A stretch of 37,070 nucleotides of DNA from Candidatus Ryanbacteria bacterium (GCA_009691385.1 SICQ01000003.1:1-37070); one strand, 5' to 3'; positions 15,593-25,526 are shown, counted from the stretch's first letter. Numbers and translations: made by a program. The notes: generated by a model from the letters alone, not told the origin.

Positions 15593-16852
15593 TTATGACT
15601 TATTTATTATATTGCGCGCAATAGCACGATCATCCCACGGGATTTTTTTGCCACCGGCGAGTACCATGAGCGGTTCGAATCCTTTACCGGTGATGATGAT
15701 AGTATCGCCAGCGTTCGCCTTTTGTATCGCTATCTCAATAGCTTTTTTACGATCAAGCTCGATGACCGCTTTGTGCGTAGTAATCCCCTTTGAAACTTCA
15801 TCGGTAATGGTTTTTGGATCTTCGTCATATGGATCTTCATCGGTCAAAATAATCTCATCGCAAAACTGGTCGGCGATCTTGCCTAACTCAGGGCGTTTCC
15901 ATTTGTCACGCCCGCCGCCAGCGGCCCCCAACACGCATACAAGATGCTTTGCTTGCGGCTTAAGTGTTTGATATACCTTTTCGAGTGCGTCGGGTGTATG
16001 CGCATAATCAACCACCACCGCAAACGGTTCGCGTGAGATATATTCAAGACGGCCCGCGACACCGAGTACCTTACCAATACCTTGGCGTATTGATTCGGGC
16101 GGGACATGGTGAGCTGATGCAACCGCAATCGCGCACAAGATGTTTTCAAGATTAAATTCGCCTTCCAGCATTGACTCAAAATATGTCCTTTCAATCATAA
16201 AAGAGACGCCGCGCTCAAACGAAACATCCGTAGGTGATACCGCGTGAAGTGAACTCTCAAGTAGCTTTGCATCTCGTGCGTATTCCCATACCTCTGCGTG
16301 AGGAGCAGCATCAAGAAACATCTTGGCATCGGTCATTGTCGCGTTGACTATAATATGTTTTTTCTTTTTCCACGAATTGTTAAGCGCGCGGAAAATCTTG
16401 AGCTTGGCTTCACGATACTGCTCAAACCCGCCGTGCGACTCGATATGCTCGGGCGTCAGATTAGTGATCGCAACGGTATCAAATGCAATGTGCGCGTGGC
16501 GAAATTGCCGCGCACCTTCACTGGTCGTCTCCAAAATCACCACATCACACCCTGCCGCCTTGGCATCGAATAAAAACTTTTGCACAAAAAAGCGTCCTGG
16601 CATGGTCATTTTTTTATCATTAACCACCTCCTCACTACCGATGCGAAAACGGAGCGATGAGGCTGACGCCGTCTTATGCCCTGCTTCTTCAAAAACATGA
16701 TGTAAAATCTCAACGGTGGTTGATTTGCCATTGGTACCCGTCACGCCAATAACCGTAAGCTTGCGTGATGGAAACTGATACCAGAGAGCGGCGGTGAGCG
16801 CCATGCACCAGTGATATACCAGCATGATAGGTTGAGGAATAAGTTTTCTCAT
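15593..16852 (-). CDS. murE: MurE-like UDP-MurNAc-peptide ligase (no N-terminal domain)
   Basis: Motifs GVTGTNGKSTT, TNLTPEHIESH, GRLE, VDYAHTPDAL, GGGRDKWKRP and GKG.E. Confidence 0.88.
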   Translation of the reverse strand: MRKLIPQPIMLVYHWCMALTAALWYQFPSRKLTVIGVTGTNGKSTTVEILHHVFEEAGHKTASASSLRFRIGSEEVVNDKKMTMPGRFFVQKFLFDAKAAGCDVVILETTSEGARQFRHAHIAFDTVAITNLTPEHIESHGGFEQYREAKLKIFRALNNSWKKKKHIIVNATMTDAKMFLDAAPHAEVWEYARDAKLLESSLHAVSPTDVSFERGVSFMIERTYFESMLEGEFNLENILCAIAVASAHHVPPESIRQGIGKVLGVAGRLEYISREPFAVVVDYAHTPDALEKVYQTLKPQAKHLVCVLGAAGGGRDKWKRPELGKIADQFCDEIILTDEDPYDEDPKTITDEVSKGITTHKAVIELDRKKAIEIAIQKANAGDTIIITGKGFEPLMVLAGGKKIPWDDRAIARNIINKS

Positions 16853-17424
16853 GACTTATGTCTACCTAACATCTTGAGCGCCTCCTTGATCTTGCCATCA
16901 ATGCTTTCGATATCGCGAGGCAACTTGTGGAGCGTGTCTCTCGCTTCGCGCACATTGTAACCAAGCGATACGAGTGCATCGAGCGCGTCAGATTCTTCCG
17001 ATGAAATAGTGACACCGTCTGCGCCGCCAAGTTTGTCTTTGAGCTCGAGCATTATTTTCTCAGCCGTCTTCCTGCCAATACCTGATATTTTTGTTAGATA
17101 CACTGTCTCGCCTGACGCGATAGCGCGCCGGAGCGAATCGAGGGGCGCTACTGAAAGTATGCCGAGGGCAGATCGCGGACCAATACCGGAGATACCAATA
17201 AGCATTTCAAACATCTCAAGCTCTGACATGGTAGCAAAACCGTAGAGTTCGAGTGCTGTCTCACGCACCGCAAGATGTGTAAAAAGCTCGACGGGCTCGC
17301 CTTTTTTGGGCAGTGTCTTTGCCGTCTCGAGTGAGACTGATACTTTGTAGCCAACACCACCTACATTGATGATGAGGTGCTTGGTACCACGAAACGCAAG
17401 AATGCCGGAGAGGTATGCTATCAT
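16849..17424 (-). CDS. ruvA: Holliday junction branch migration protein A
   Basis: MIAYLSG...VGGVGY...LYGF...ISGIGPRSAL...GIGRKTAEKIMLELKDK; the start is placed at the conserved MIA. Confidence 0.96.
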   Translation of the reverse strand: MIAYLSGILAFRGTKHLIINVGGVGYKVSVSLETAKTLPKKGEPVELFTHLAVRETALELYGFATMSELEMFEMLIGISGIGPRSALGILSVAPLDSLRRAIASGETVYLTKISGIGRKTAEKIMLELKDKLGGADGVTISSEESDALDALVSLGYNVREARDTLHKLPRDIESIDGKIKEALKMLGRHKS

Positions 17425-17437
17425 TGCTTTCATCGTA
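17416..17437. promoter_or_regulatory. Interlocked divergent -10 elements for uvrB and ruvA
   Basis: Plus strand TGcTATCAT at 17416-17424; minus strand TACGAT at 17432-17437, 7 nt before the ruvA ATG. Confidence 0.55.
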
Positions 17438-19383
17438 TGTCATTTCGTCTTGTCTCACAATTCAAACCGTCTGGCGATCAACCTCAAGCAATTGAGAAAC
17501 TTTCACGCGGGCTTCAAGATGACAAACAATACCAAACACTCTTGGGTGTTACGGGTTCGGGTAAAACTTTTACCATGGCAAATATCATCGCAAATACTGG
17601 TAGACCCGCGCTCATCCTCTCTCACAACAAAACTCTTGCCGCACAACTCTACGAAGAGTTCAAAGAATTTTTTCCTGACAGTGCTGTGCATTATTTTGTC
17701 AGCTACTACGACTACTACCAACCTGAAGCATACATGCCAAATACGGATACCTATATAGAAAAGGACGCAAAGATCAATCAGTTTATCGACGAGCTCCGCC
17801 ACGCAGCGACCCAAGCAGCACTCACCCGCAAAGATTTGATTATCGTCGCCTCCGTATCGGCTATCTACGGCATCGGCGCGCCAGAGGCCTATTTAGATTT
17901 TTCATTTATCATGCGGCGAGGCGAGCGCATGAGTCTCAAAGCGCTCTCAGGCAAACTTGCCGAACTCCAATACATACGAAACGACATCGAGCGCAAACCT
18001 GGCACTTGGTCACGCAAGGGTGATTCGGTCATTATCGCGCTGCCGTCGGGCGATCGTGTATTGCGTATCAACTTTTTTGGTGATGAGGTAGAAGAAGTAT
18101 TAGAAGGTCCTCTGGCGTTCGACTCACAACTCGTATCCCAATCAGAAATCCGCATATTCCCTGCCAAACACTTTATGACGCCTGAAGATGATATTAAGCG
18201 CGCGGTAGTGGCTATAGAAAAAGAATTGACAGAGCGAACAGGTGAGCTTGAGCAAAATGGTAAAGAGCTGGAAGCTGAACGATTGCGTAGGCGCGTTCGT
18301 TATGATCTCCAGATGCTGCGCGAGACAGGATACACCTTGGGTATTGAAAACTATTCGCGGCACCTCGCAGGCCGCGCGCCTGGTGAGCCGCCAACCACCA
18401 TGATCGACTATATGCCGAAAGGTTTTATCACCTTCGTTGATGAGTCACATATGACGCTTCCCCAGATCAGAGGTATGCAGGCCGGAGACCGTGCACGCAA
18501 AACAACGCTCGTTGATTTTGGCTTTCGTCTACCATCAGCGCTCGATAATCGCCCGCTCACTTTCGATGAGTTCAAGAAAAAAGTAGGTCAGACCATTTTC
18601 GTCTCCGCGACCCCGAGTGCGTATGAGATAGCGCACGGCAATATCGCCGAACAACTTATACGCCCGACGGGCCTTTTGGATCCTACGGTAGAAGTGCGCC
18701 CTGCGGGTAAGCAGATCGCGGATACAGAAAAAGAAATCGTCATCCGTGCCAAGAAAAAAGAGCGATCACTTGTCATAGCGCTCACCAAAAAGATGGCTGA
18801 AGATATCGCTGAGTATTTGGGCGAACGCGATCTGAAAATCGCATGGCTTCACTCGGAGGTCAAAACGATCGAGCGCTATGAGATTTTACAGCAACTCCGC
18901 CGTGGCGATGTTGACGCAGTGGTAGGCATCAACCTCCTTCGTGAAGGACTTGATCTGCCCGAAGTATCGCTCATCTGTATATTGGATGCGGATAAAGAAG
19001 GTTTTTTGCGCAATGTCACCTCATTTATCCAAACCATGGGTCGTGCCTCACGCCATCCTGACGGCCATGTCATTTTGTACGCAGACAAGATGACTGACTC
19101 GATGAAAACAGCGATCAGTGAGACCACGCGCCGCAGATCATACCAAGAGGCGTATAACAAAGCACATGGCATCACGCCAACCGCGCTCGTCAAAGAAATA
19201 CGCAAACCGCTTTTTGCAGGCAAGAAAAAAATAGTCAAAGATGATGTACTCGCGATGTTTGGCAAAGACAAACGATCAGCCACAGAACTCAAGCGTGAGG
19301 TGGAGGCAGAGATGCTCGAAGAGGCCGCTCGCCTCAATTTTGAGCGCGCTGCCGAACTGCGCGATATATTAAAAAACTTATAA
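17437..19383 (+). CDS. uvrB: Excinuclease ABC subunit B
   Basis: MSFRLVSQFKPSGDQPQAI, LLGVTGSGKTFT, YFVSYYDYYQPEAY, DESH, GINLLREGLDLPEV and a C-terminal UVR motif FERAAELRD. Confidence 0.97.
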   Translation: MSFRLVSQFKPSGDQPQAIEKLSRGLQDDKQYQTLLGVTGSGKTFTMANIIANTGRPALILSHNKTLAAQLYEEFKEFFPDSAVHYFVSYYDYYQPEAYMPNTDTYIEKDAKINQFIDELRHAATQAALTRKDLIIVASVSAIYGIGAPEAYLDFSFIMRRGERMSLKALSGKLAELQYIRNDIERKPGTWSRKGDSVIIALPSGDRVLRINFFGDEVEEVLEGPLAFDSQLVSQSEIRIFPAKHFMTPEDDIKRAVVAIEKELTERTGELEQNGKELEAERLRRRVRYDLQMLRETGYTLGIENYSRHLAGRAPGEPPTTMIDYMPKGFITFVDESHMTLPQIRGMQAGDRARKTTLVDFGFRLPSALDNRPLTFDEFKKKVGQTIFVSATPSAYEIAHGNIAEQLIRPTGLLDPTVEVRPAGKQIADTEKEIVIRAKKKERSLVIALTKKMAEDIAEYLGERDLKIAWLHSEVKTIERYEILQQLRRGDVDAVVGINLLREGLDLPEVSLICILDADKEGFLRNVTSFIQTMGRASRHPDGHVILYADKMTDSMKTAISETTRRRSYQEAYNKAHGITPTALVKEIRKPLFAGKKKIVKDDVLAMFGKDKRSATELKREVEAEMLEEAARLNFERAAELRDILKNL

Positions 19384-19397
19384 TTATAAATAAAAAT

Positions 19398-19421
19398 GGA
19401 GCCGTTCTGCTGAATGGCTCC
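19398..19421. terminator. Hairpin between convergent uvrB and the orphan gene
   Basis: ggagccgttc-tgct-gaatggctcc, with a T-run on the minus strand. Confidence 0.7.
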
Positions 19422-19428
19422 TAGTCTT

Positions 19429-19653
19429 CTACGCCTGCGCCCTGAGTTGTGGAGTTTGCCTCTCAGCATCATGTCTGCGAAACTCTGCGTTCATACGATT
19501 GAGAGTTGCGTTCAACTCCTTGAGCTCTGAGGCAAAACCTTCTGCGACAAAACCCGCCTTGTTGTCTCCGAACTGCATTGTTCGTAGCGCCAACAGTGCC
19601 GTGACGCGCGCACGAAGCGCTTTGCGCCTTTCGGTCTTCTCGGTCGATTCCAT
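19429..19653 (-). CDS. Orphan 74-aa helical protein
   Basis: SD GGGAGG before the ATG, promoter TTGCGT-17-TAATCT (19686-19714) and a downstream hairpin. Confidence 0.6.
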   Translation of the reverse strand: MESTEKTERRKALRARVTALLALRTMQFGDNKAGFVAEGFASELKELNATLNRMNAEFRRHDAERQTPQLRAQA

Positions 19654-19738
19654 ACCACCCTCCCGATTGGAACTCGTTTAGAAAAAGATTACCGACAAAC
19701 GGCAAAATACGCAAGAGACTACATCCTTTCATAAAATA

Positions 19739-19767
19739 TTGACGGACAAGGAGAAAACAGGTACTCT
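19739..19767 (+). promoter_or_regulatory. rpsT promoter TTGACG-17-TACTCT (leaderless spacing)
   Basis: -35 at 19739-19744, -10 at 19762-19767, ATG 7 nt later. Confidence 0.75.
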
Positions 19768-19774
19768 AGAACCC

Positions 19775-20038
19775 ATGCCAAACACTGCATCAGCAACCAA
19801 GGCTCTACGCCAATCAGAGCGCCGTCGTGTACTCAATGTACGCCGCAAGCGCTCGCTTCGTGATGTCCTCAAAGGGTTTGAGAAGGCCATCCTTACCAAA
19901 AATAAGGCTGAGGCCATTAAGCTCTTGCCCGCCGTGCAAAAGGCGCTCGATAAGACCGCGAAGTCAGGCCTCATCAAGAAAAACAACGCCGCGCGGAGAA
20001 AATCGCGCCTTGCCGCACAAATTAAAAAACTCGCCTAA
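19775..20038 (+). CDS. rpsT: 30S ribosomal protein S20
   Basis: MPNTASATKALRQSERRR...ALDKTAKSGLIKKNNAARRKSRL. Confidence 0.96.
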   Translation: MPNTASATKALRQSERRRVLNVRRKRSLRDVLKGFEKAILTKNKAEAIKLLPAVQKALDKTAKSGLIKKNNAARRKSRLAAQIKKLA

Positions 20039-20913
20039 CGAGTAGGGGTGAGTAAAAACTGAAGAAACCTTGTCTCCAAGGTTTCTTTTTTTCTCATATC
20101 GCTCATCTCAATCAAATCAAGATATGCCCCTTCAATCTGTCCGCGTGAAAAATTACGCATCTGTGTCTTTGCCTTACCAAGCACAAAAGGCTTTACGCCT
20201 GCCGTATTGCCCGATGCCACTCGCGCAAGATTTTTGATATGCCACAAAAAGGGGCGTAGTACATCGTCTGGTTTAAAACCTGCGCTCATAAACCGCTCAA
20301 ACAACAATGCCGCGCGCACCCTCTCCCCCGATCCCCATAGGTCGCCTAACGAGAACAAATCATTGTTCGTAGGCGCCGGAGCTTCGTGCTGATGCGACTC
20401 TCCTCCCAACAATACTTTTTCGAGCTCTCGGGCGAATCTCTCGGGTGTATTAGTATACAAAAACCAAAGTGATTCTTTGGTAGGAGGACTGACTGTAGCA
20501 TCTACTTCTTTTGCCGCCGCATCGATGTATGCTGAAAATTTTTGACGGGTAAAATCAGTAAACTCCTCTTTTTTGTTCGCATATTTTTCAATATCACTAA
20601 AAATCTTATTTTTGGTTGGCGTCCCCTCCTCCCAAAATACGACGACTGAATCATCCTGGGCCCACCGTTCAAGATGAGACTTGAGCGCGTCACGCATATC
20701 GGCGTCCAAATCTGATGCGCGCTTGATGATATAAAAATCTTTTGAACCAAAGAGTGACCCTGAACCAATCTGTGAAAGACGCTCGCCCCGTGCCTCATCA
20801 TCGCAATCGATCATCTCCCACGCGGGTCCGGCCTCACGGCGAAAGCGTACGGCAAAACGCTCCAACATCTGACGCGATGCGGTAGTATTCGATCCGTACA
20901 ACAGATAGATCAT
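20035..20913 (-). CDS. holA: DNA polymerase III delta subunit
   Basis: MIYLLYG, SLFGSK, ELEKV and DLFSLGD pattern; the holA-rpsT adjacency is widely conserved. Confidence 0.8.
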   Translation of the reverse strand: MIYLLYGSNTTASRQMLERFAVRFRREAGPAWEMIDCDDEARGERLSQIGSGSLFGSKDFYIIKRASDLDADMRDALKSHLERWAQDDSVVVFWEEGTPTKNKIFSDIEKYANKKEEFTDFTRQKFSAYIDAAAKEVDATVSPPTKESLWFLYTNTPERFARELEKVLLGGESHQHEAPAPTNNDLFSLGDLWGSGERVRAALLFERFMSAGFKPDDVLRPFLWHIKNLARVASGNTAGVKPFVLGKAKTQMRNFSRGQIEGAYLDLIEMSDMRKKETLETRFLQFLLTPTR

Positions 20914-21344
20914 TTTCCTATGTAGTTTGCCTCGAGTACTTTTTTGATCGTCTCTACGATTTCCTGTGGAGTATGATGCGCCTTGATCATAAACTCTGCA
21001 GCGCCCAATTTCATCGCTTGGTCTACATCATCACGAGAACCGAGGTTTGAGATTATAATAATGGGAATTGATGCGTAGTCATGCTGCGCTTTGAGCTCAG
21101 TGAGAATCTCGAAACCACCTTTGCCCGGCAATATTAAATCAAGCAAGATGATGTGTGGCGGATTTTTGTGAACTGCGGCAAATGCTTCGTCCGCATTGAT
21201 GGCTTCGGTGACGGTAAATCCTTCGTGTTTAATCTTTTCTACTAATAGCCCACGTAAAAACTTATCATCTTCAACGACGAGTATTTTCATTTCATTTCGT
21301 TTGAGCATTGACGCGATTGGCATCGATGAGTCGTCTGTTGTCAT
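20910..21344 (-). CDS. Single-domain response regulator (CheY-like)
   Basis: Motifs KILVVEDD, LLDLILP, IIISNL and GAAEFMIK; no output domain. Confidence 0.93.
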   Translation of the reverse strand: MTTDDSSMPIASMLKRNEMKILVVEDDKFLRGLLVEKIKHEGFTVTEAINADEAFAAVHKNPPHIILLDLILPGKGGFEILTELKAQHDYASIPIIIISNLGSRDDVDQAMKLGAAEFMIKAHHTPQEIVETIKKVLEANYIGK

Positions 21345-21361
21345 AGGGCTAGACTAGCATA

Positions 21362-22516
21362 CTAGAGTGCAGCCACAAAGGGTTCGGTAGGTGGATTGAC
21401 GGGACTCTTGAGTGTTGAGGCGCGCGGGATACGGATAAGAAAAGTCGTCCCCTTACCTTCTTCCGAATGAAACGAAATCTCGCCACCGTGCGCGGTAATA
21501 ATATTTTTTGTAATAAAAAGGCCGAGCCCCGTGCCTTCCGTCTCCATATGCATGACATTGGAACCGCGATAAAAGCGGGTAAACATACGCGGCTGATCTT
21601 CTTTGGAAATGCCGATGCCGGTATCGCTAATCTTGAGAACAACAGACACGCTATCGGCCTCGAGTCGTACTGATACCGTACCGCCCGCCGCTGTATAACG
21701 AATAGCATTTTCGGTAATATTGCCAATGGCGATAGAAAGACGATCAGGATCAGCGTTGAGGATGATAGGGTCGTCTGACACTTTGCCGAGCGTGAGTGTG
21801 ATATTTTTTGCTTTTGCTAAAATCATCTTTTCATCGACAATCTTTTTGGTAAATATGATGATATCAATCTCTTCAAATTTGTAACCAAACTTTCCCTCTT
21901 CGATGCGAGCGGCATCCAACAAATTATGCACGAGTCGTATCATTGATTCATTGGCGATCGTACCCTTCTCAACCGCTTCGCGCTGATTTTTGGTTATCTT
22001 ACCAAAATCACCGTCTTTAATCCCTTGATATACCCACTTTTGGATCGAGAGCGGCGTACGAAGCTGGTGTGCGGCGATTGAGATAAACTCTGATTTGAGT
22101 TTTGAAATTTCTTCTTGGCGATCTTTTGCTTCTTGAATGCGTTCTGCCATTTCATTAAAAAAAGTGCCGAGTACACCAACCTCATCTTTACGCGAGACAG
22201 TGATGTGTACCTTAAAGTTCCCTGCACCAATTCGTTTGACCGCTTCGGTCAGCACCGACAGAGGCCGTGTGATATACCGCGTAACCATAATAGCGGCAAA
22301 CGAAGCGATAATAAAGACAAAAAGAAAGATGAGTATAAATTGTATACTAATAGTCTCGATAAGAGCGGTGGCATCCCTCGGGGCTAGTACTGCGCGAATA
22401 CGCGACTGGTAGGTAGCGACAAAAAAGAGTGATGCGATCCCCATAGGGAAAATACCGAGCGCGAGCAGGGTAAGAAAAAATCTAAAGAACAGTGAATGCC
22501 GAATCTTTGGATTCAT
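21362..22516 (-). CDS. HAMP-HisKA-HATPase sensor histidine kinase
   Basis: Two TM helices, HAMP (ITRPL...DEVGVLGTFFNEM), AAHQLRTPL, NAIRY, DTGIGI, FYRG and GTGLGL. Confidence 0.95.
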   Translation of the reverse strand: MNPKIRHSLFFRFFLTLLALGIFPMGIASLFFVATYQSRIRAVLAPRDATALIETISIQFILIFLFVFIIASFAAIMVTRYITRPLSVLTEAVKRIGAGNFKVHITVSRKDEVGVLGTFFNEMAERIQEAKDRQEEISKLKSEFISIAAHQLRTPLSIQKWVYQGIKDGDFGKITKNQREAVEKGTIANESMIRLVHNLLDAARIEEGKFGYKFEEIDIIIFTKKIVDEKMILAKAKNITLTLGKVSDDPIILNADPDRLSIAIGNITENAIRYTAAGGTVSVRLEADSVSVVLKISDTGIGISKEDQPRMFTRFYRGSNVMHMETEGTGLGLFITKNIITAHGGEISFHSEEGKGTTFLIRIPRASTLKSPVNPPTEPFVAAL

Positions 22517-22537
22517 ACAAGTATCTTTAGTATATCC

Positions 22538-25078
22538 TTAAAAGACCATTGAGGTCATCTCCTGCCAGTTTGCACCTCGCTTCACCTCAGCGATGATTGG
22601 TACTGAAAACTCTGGCACCCGCTCCATGATCGCCTTGATCGTACTTACGGTCTCGGCGATTTTTTCTTTTTTAATTTCAAATACAAGTTCGTCGTGCACC
22701 TGCAGCAGCATGCGCACATCATGGTTATCGCGCGAAAGCTTGAGCTCATGCGCGATATCAATCATCGCGCGCTTTACAATATCGGCAGCGGTTCCTTGTA
22801 CGGGCGCGTTGACCGCCATGCGCTCGGATTCTTTGCGTATATATTCAAATGATGAACGGAGGTTGGGTAAAAACCGCTTGCGGCCAAAAAATGTTTTGAC
22901 ATATCCTTTCTCTCTTCCCTCATGTATCGTACGCTCGCGGTATTCTTCAATACCTGGAAACTCTTGCAAATAGTTATCGAGCGCCGCCTCAGCTTCCGCG
23001 ACAGTCATGTGACCTGTCTCGGCGAGTGAGCGTGCACCCATGCCATACAAAATACCAAAGTTAACCGTCTTGGCGCGTCTACGCATCTCACTTGTTACCT
23101 CACCTGTCGCCACATGAAAAATCTCTGATGCGGTACGGGTATGGATGTCTTCACTAGTTTGAAAGGCGTGCGTGAGTTTTTTATCGCCTGAAAGTTGTGC
23201 TGCAATTCTGAGCTCGAGTTGAGAATAGTCAAACGCAAGAAGCTCATATCCCTTGGGTGCGACGAACGCGCGACGGATGCTACGACCAAGCTCTGATTTT
23301 ATCGGAATGTTTTGAAGATTAGGGTTTGACGATGAAAGACGCCCTGTGGCCGCCCCTGTCTCATTAAATGTCGTATGCACCCGACCATCGGACCCGATGA
23401 GCTTTGGAAGTGCCGTAATATAGGTAGAAAGCAATTTTGAAATCTCGCGATATCTAATCAACATATCAATGATCGGGTGGAGTTCACGCAATTTTATGAG
23501 CTCTGAGAATTGCGTTGATACCGCCTTGGTAGAAGTTTTGCGAATACCCTTGGTAGATAATCCGAGTTTTTCAAAAAGTATTACCGAGAGTTGTTTTGGC
23601 GAGTTGATATCAAACTCTTCTCCCGCCGCCTTCCAAATATCAGCTTCGAGTACATGCTCTTCATGCTCCGCCTCTTTTGATAGTTTTGCGAGTACCGCAG
23701 TATCGAGCGTGATGCCCGCCTCCTCCATCTCAAATAAAATCGCCACGAGCGGCAATTCAAAATCAAAATATATGGGTGCGAGATCCTCTTTCTCTATTTT
23801 CTTTTTGAGAGTATCTGCGAGGCGCACAACCTCGGCGATAGTTAACGGTTTACCTTCGAGCAAATCGCCGAGCGACAATCCGCGCTCATCGGGATTGAGT
23901 ATCCACGCGCCAAGCTTTGTATCAAATGACACCGGAAAGCTCGCGCCCAAAAATGTCATGAGCGCGTGTGCGTCGTGCACGATTACTTCTTTTGAATCGC
24001 CCAAAAGCGCCAAAAGTACCGCGCGTTGCGCCTGCGGCACACTATATGTATTTGCATCAACACCGAGTATCAACCCATCTTCACCAAAGAAAAGCGCCGC
24101 GCGCGCGCCTGCCTCTACACTGTCATCGAGCTCCTTGTGCACCACTATTGGCTTTTCTTCTTCTTTCTTTGGTGGGGCGCCAGCATCTTGCAAACGCGAG
24201 ATAAGACTGGGGAAATGAAACTTGCGAAAAATCTTTGATACTTCTTCGATAGGAATACTCGCAAATGCCATACTACCCAAATCCGCTTCCACCGGCGCGT
24301 CTCGGCGAATTGTTGCGAGTTCTTTTGAAAAGAGTGCGTCTTCTTCACCTTCGATTAGCAATTTTTTGATGCGATCCTTGAGAAATGCTGGTGATTTTTT
24401 CTCTTTTTTAAGTTTTATATACATCTCTTCGATCGAACCGTAGTGTTTAATCAGATCGGTAGCACTCTTCTCGCCAATCCCCTTGATGCCGATAATGTTA
24501 TCGGATGGATCGCCTTTCAAGCCCTTATAGTCAGCAATGAGTGTAGGACCAAAACCAAATCGTTCGAGCACCTTCTCTTCGTCATACAATATCGTATCTT
24601 CGATGCCTTTGCGGAGCGTGTAGACCATCACGCGCTTATCGTCGATGAGCTGCATCGTATCCATATCACCCGACGCGATGATGATGGTCAAATCTTTTTC
24701 TTTTTTGAATTTCTCGACGAGCGTGCCCAAAATATCATCTGCCTCAAAACCGGGTGCCTCGAGTATCGGTATGCCAAACGCACGAAATACTTCTTTTACT
24801 TTATCGAACTGTGGGATGAGATCGCTCTTGGTCTCGGATCTCGTCGCCTTATAATTTTCATACACAATATGCCGAAAAGTAGGCTCCTCTCTATCAAACG
24901 CGGCGACGATGTGTGTAGGGCGCAGATCGCGAATCAATTTTAACAGCACCGCTGACACACCGTAGACAGCGCCAAGTGGCTCACCGGACGGTGACGCAAA
25001 TGACGGCAACGCGTGAAATGACCGGTGGATGAGCGCGTGCGCATCGAGGATGACTAATTTTTTTAGTTCACGCGCCAT
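22538..25078 (-). CDS. polA: DNA polymerase I
   Basis: 5'-3' exonuclease (LDAHALIHRSFHA, EADD, GDPSDNI) and PolA motifs (TGRLSSSNPNLQNIP, DYSQLELR, RRRAKTVNFGILYG, QVHDEL). Confidence 0.97.
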   Translation of the reverse strand: MARELKKLVILDAHALIHRSFHALPSFASPSGEPLGAVYGVSAVLLKLIRDLRPTHIVAAFDREEPTFRHIVYENYKATRSETKSDLIPQFDKVKEVFRAFGIPILEAPGFEADDILGTLVEKFKKEKDLTIIIASGDMDTMQLIDDKRVMVYTLRKGIEDTILYDEEKVLERFGFGPTLIADYKGLKGDPSDNIIGIKGIGEKSATDLIKHYGSIEEMYIKLKKEKKSPAFLKDRIKKLLIEGEEDALFSKELATIRRDAPVEADLGSMAFASIPIEEVSKIFRKFHFPSLISRLQDAGAPPKKEEEKPIVVHKELDDSVEAGARAALFFGEDGLILGVDANTYSVPQAQRAVLLALLGDSKEVIVHDAHALMTFLGASFPVSFDTKLGAWILNPDERGLSLGDLLEGKPLTIAEVVRLADTLKKKIEKEDLAPIYFDFELPLVAILFEMEEAGITLDTAVLAKLSKEAEHEEHVLEADIWKAAGEEFDINSPKQLSVILFEKLGLSTKGIRKTSTKAVSTQFSELIKLRELHPIIDMLIRYREISKLLSTYITALPKLIGSDGRVHTTFNETGAATGRLSSSNPNLQNIPIKSELGRSIRRAFVAPKGYELLAFDYSQLELRIAAQLSGDKKLTHAFQTSEDIHTRTASEIFHVATGEVTSEMRRRAKTVNFGILYGMGARSLAETGHMTVAEAEAALDNYLQEFPGIEEYRERTIHEGREKGYVKTFFGRKRFLPNLRSSFEYIRKESERMAVNAPVQGTAADIVKRAMIDIAHELKLSRDNHDVRMLLQVHDELVFEIKKEKIAETVSTIKAIMERVPEFSVPIIAEVKRGANWQEMTSMVF

Positions 25079-25526
25079 GTCTAAATCTCACCATGCGTTC
25101 AGCGCGCGCGATATGTCTAAACGAGATCCAAACGGTATCTTTGGGAAATATTTTTTTGGCGCGCTCCGCCCACTCGACGACCACGATATTTTTTGGATCT
25201 AAAATAATTTTTTTAAAGGCGATTGCGTCGAGCTCGCGTGGCGACTTGATACGATATAAATCAAAATGCCATACATTTTTAAATGTAGAACCTTTGAGTG
25301 CGTAGCGTTTTGCTATCACGAAAGTTGGCGACTGAAGTCGCCCGCGCACGCCAAGGCCGTTCGCGACACTCTGCGTAAAAAAAGTTTTACCTGCACCAAG
25401 CTCGCCCGAAAGCGCGAGGCAAAGGGCGTATTTTTTATTTCTGGCAACTGTCTTAATCTGGGCGCCAAAGAGTTTGCCGAGCGCGCGTGTCGCCTCGGGA
25501 GTTTTGAGTGCATAGGTAAGCTCCAT
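25068..25526 (-). CDS. tsaE: tRNA threonylcarbamoyladenosine biosynthesis ATPase
   Basis: Motifs LSGELGAGKT, QSPTF, HFDLYR and VVEWAE. Confidence 0.95.
   Translation of the reverse strand: MELTYALKTPEATRALGKLFGAQIKTVARNKKYALCLALSGELGAGKTFFTQSVANGLGVRGRLQSPTFVIAKRYALKGSTFKNVWHFDLYRIKSPRELDAIAFKKIILDPKNIVVVEWAERAKKIFPKDTVWISFRHIARAERMVRFRHGA

Noticed and set aside
17377-17436. N-terminal extension of UvrB in the ORF track
   Set aside because: It overlaps ruvA antisense; family similarity begins at MSFRLVS (17437).
23469-24218. 249-aa plus-strand ORF and other long antisense ORFs (e.g. 18876-19472, 24443-24943, 28312-28791)
   Set aside because: Antisense shadows of polA, uvrB and pilB with no recognisable motifs or start signals.
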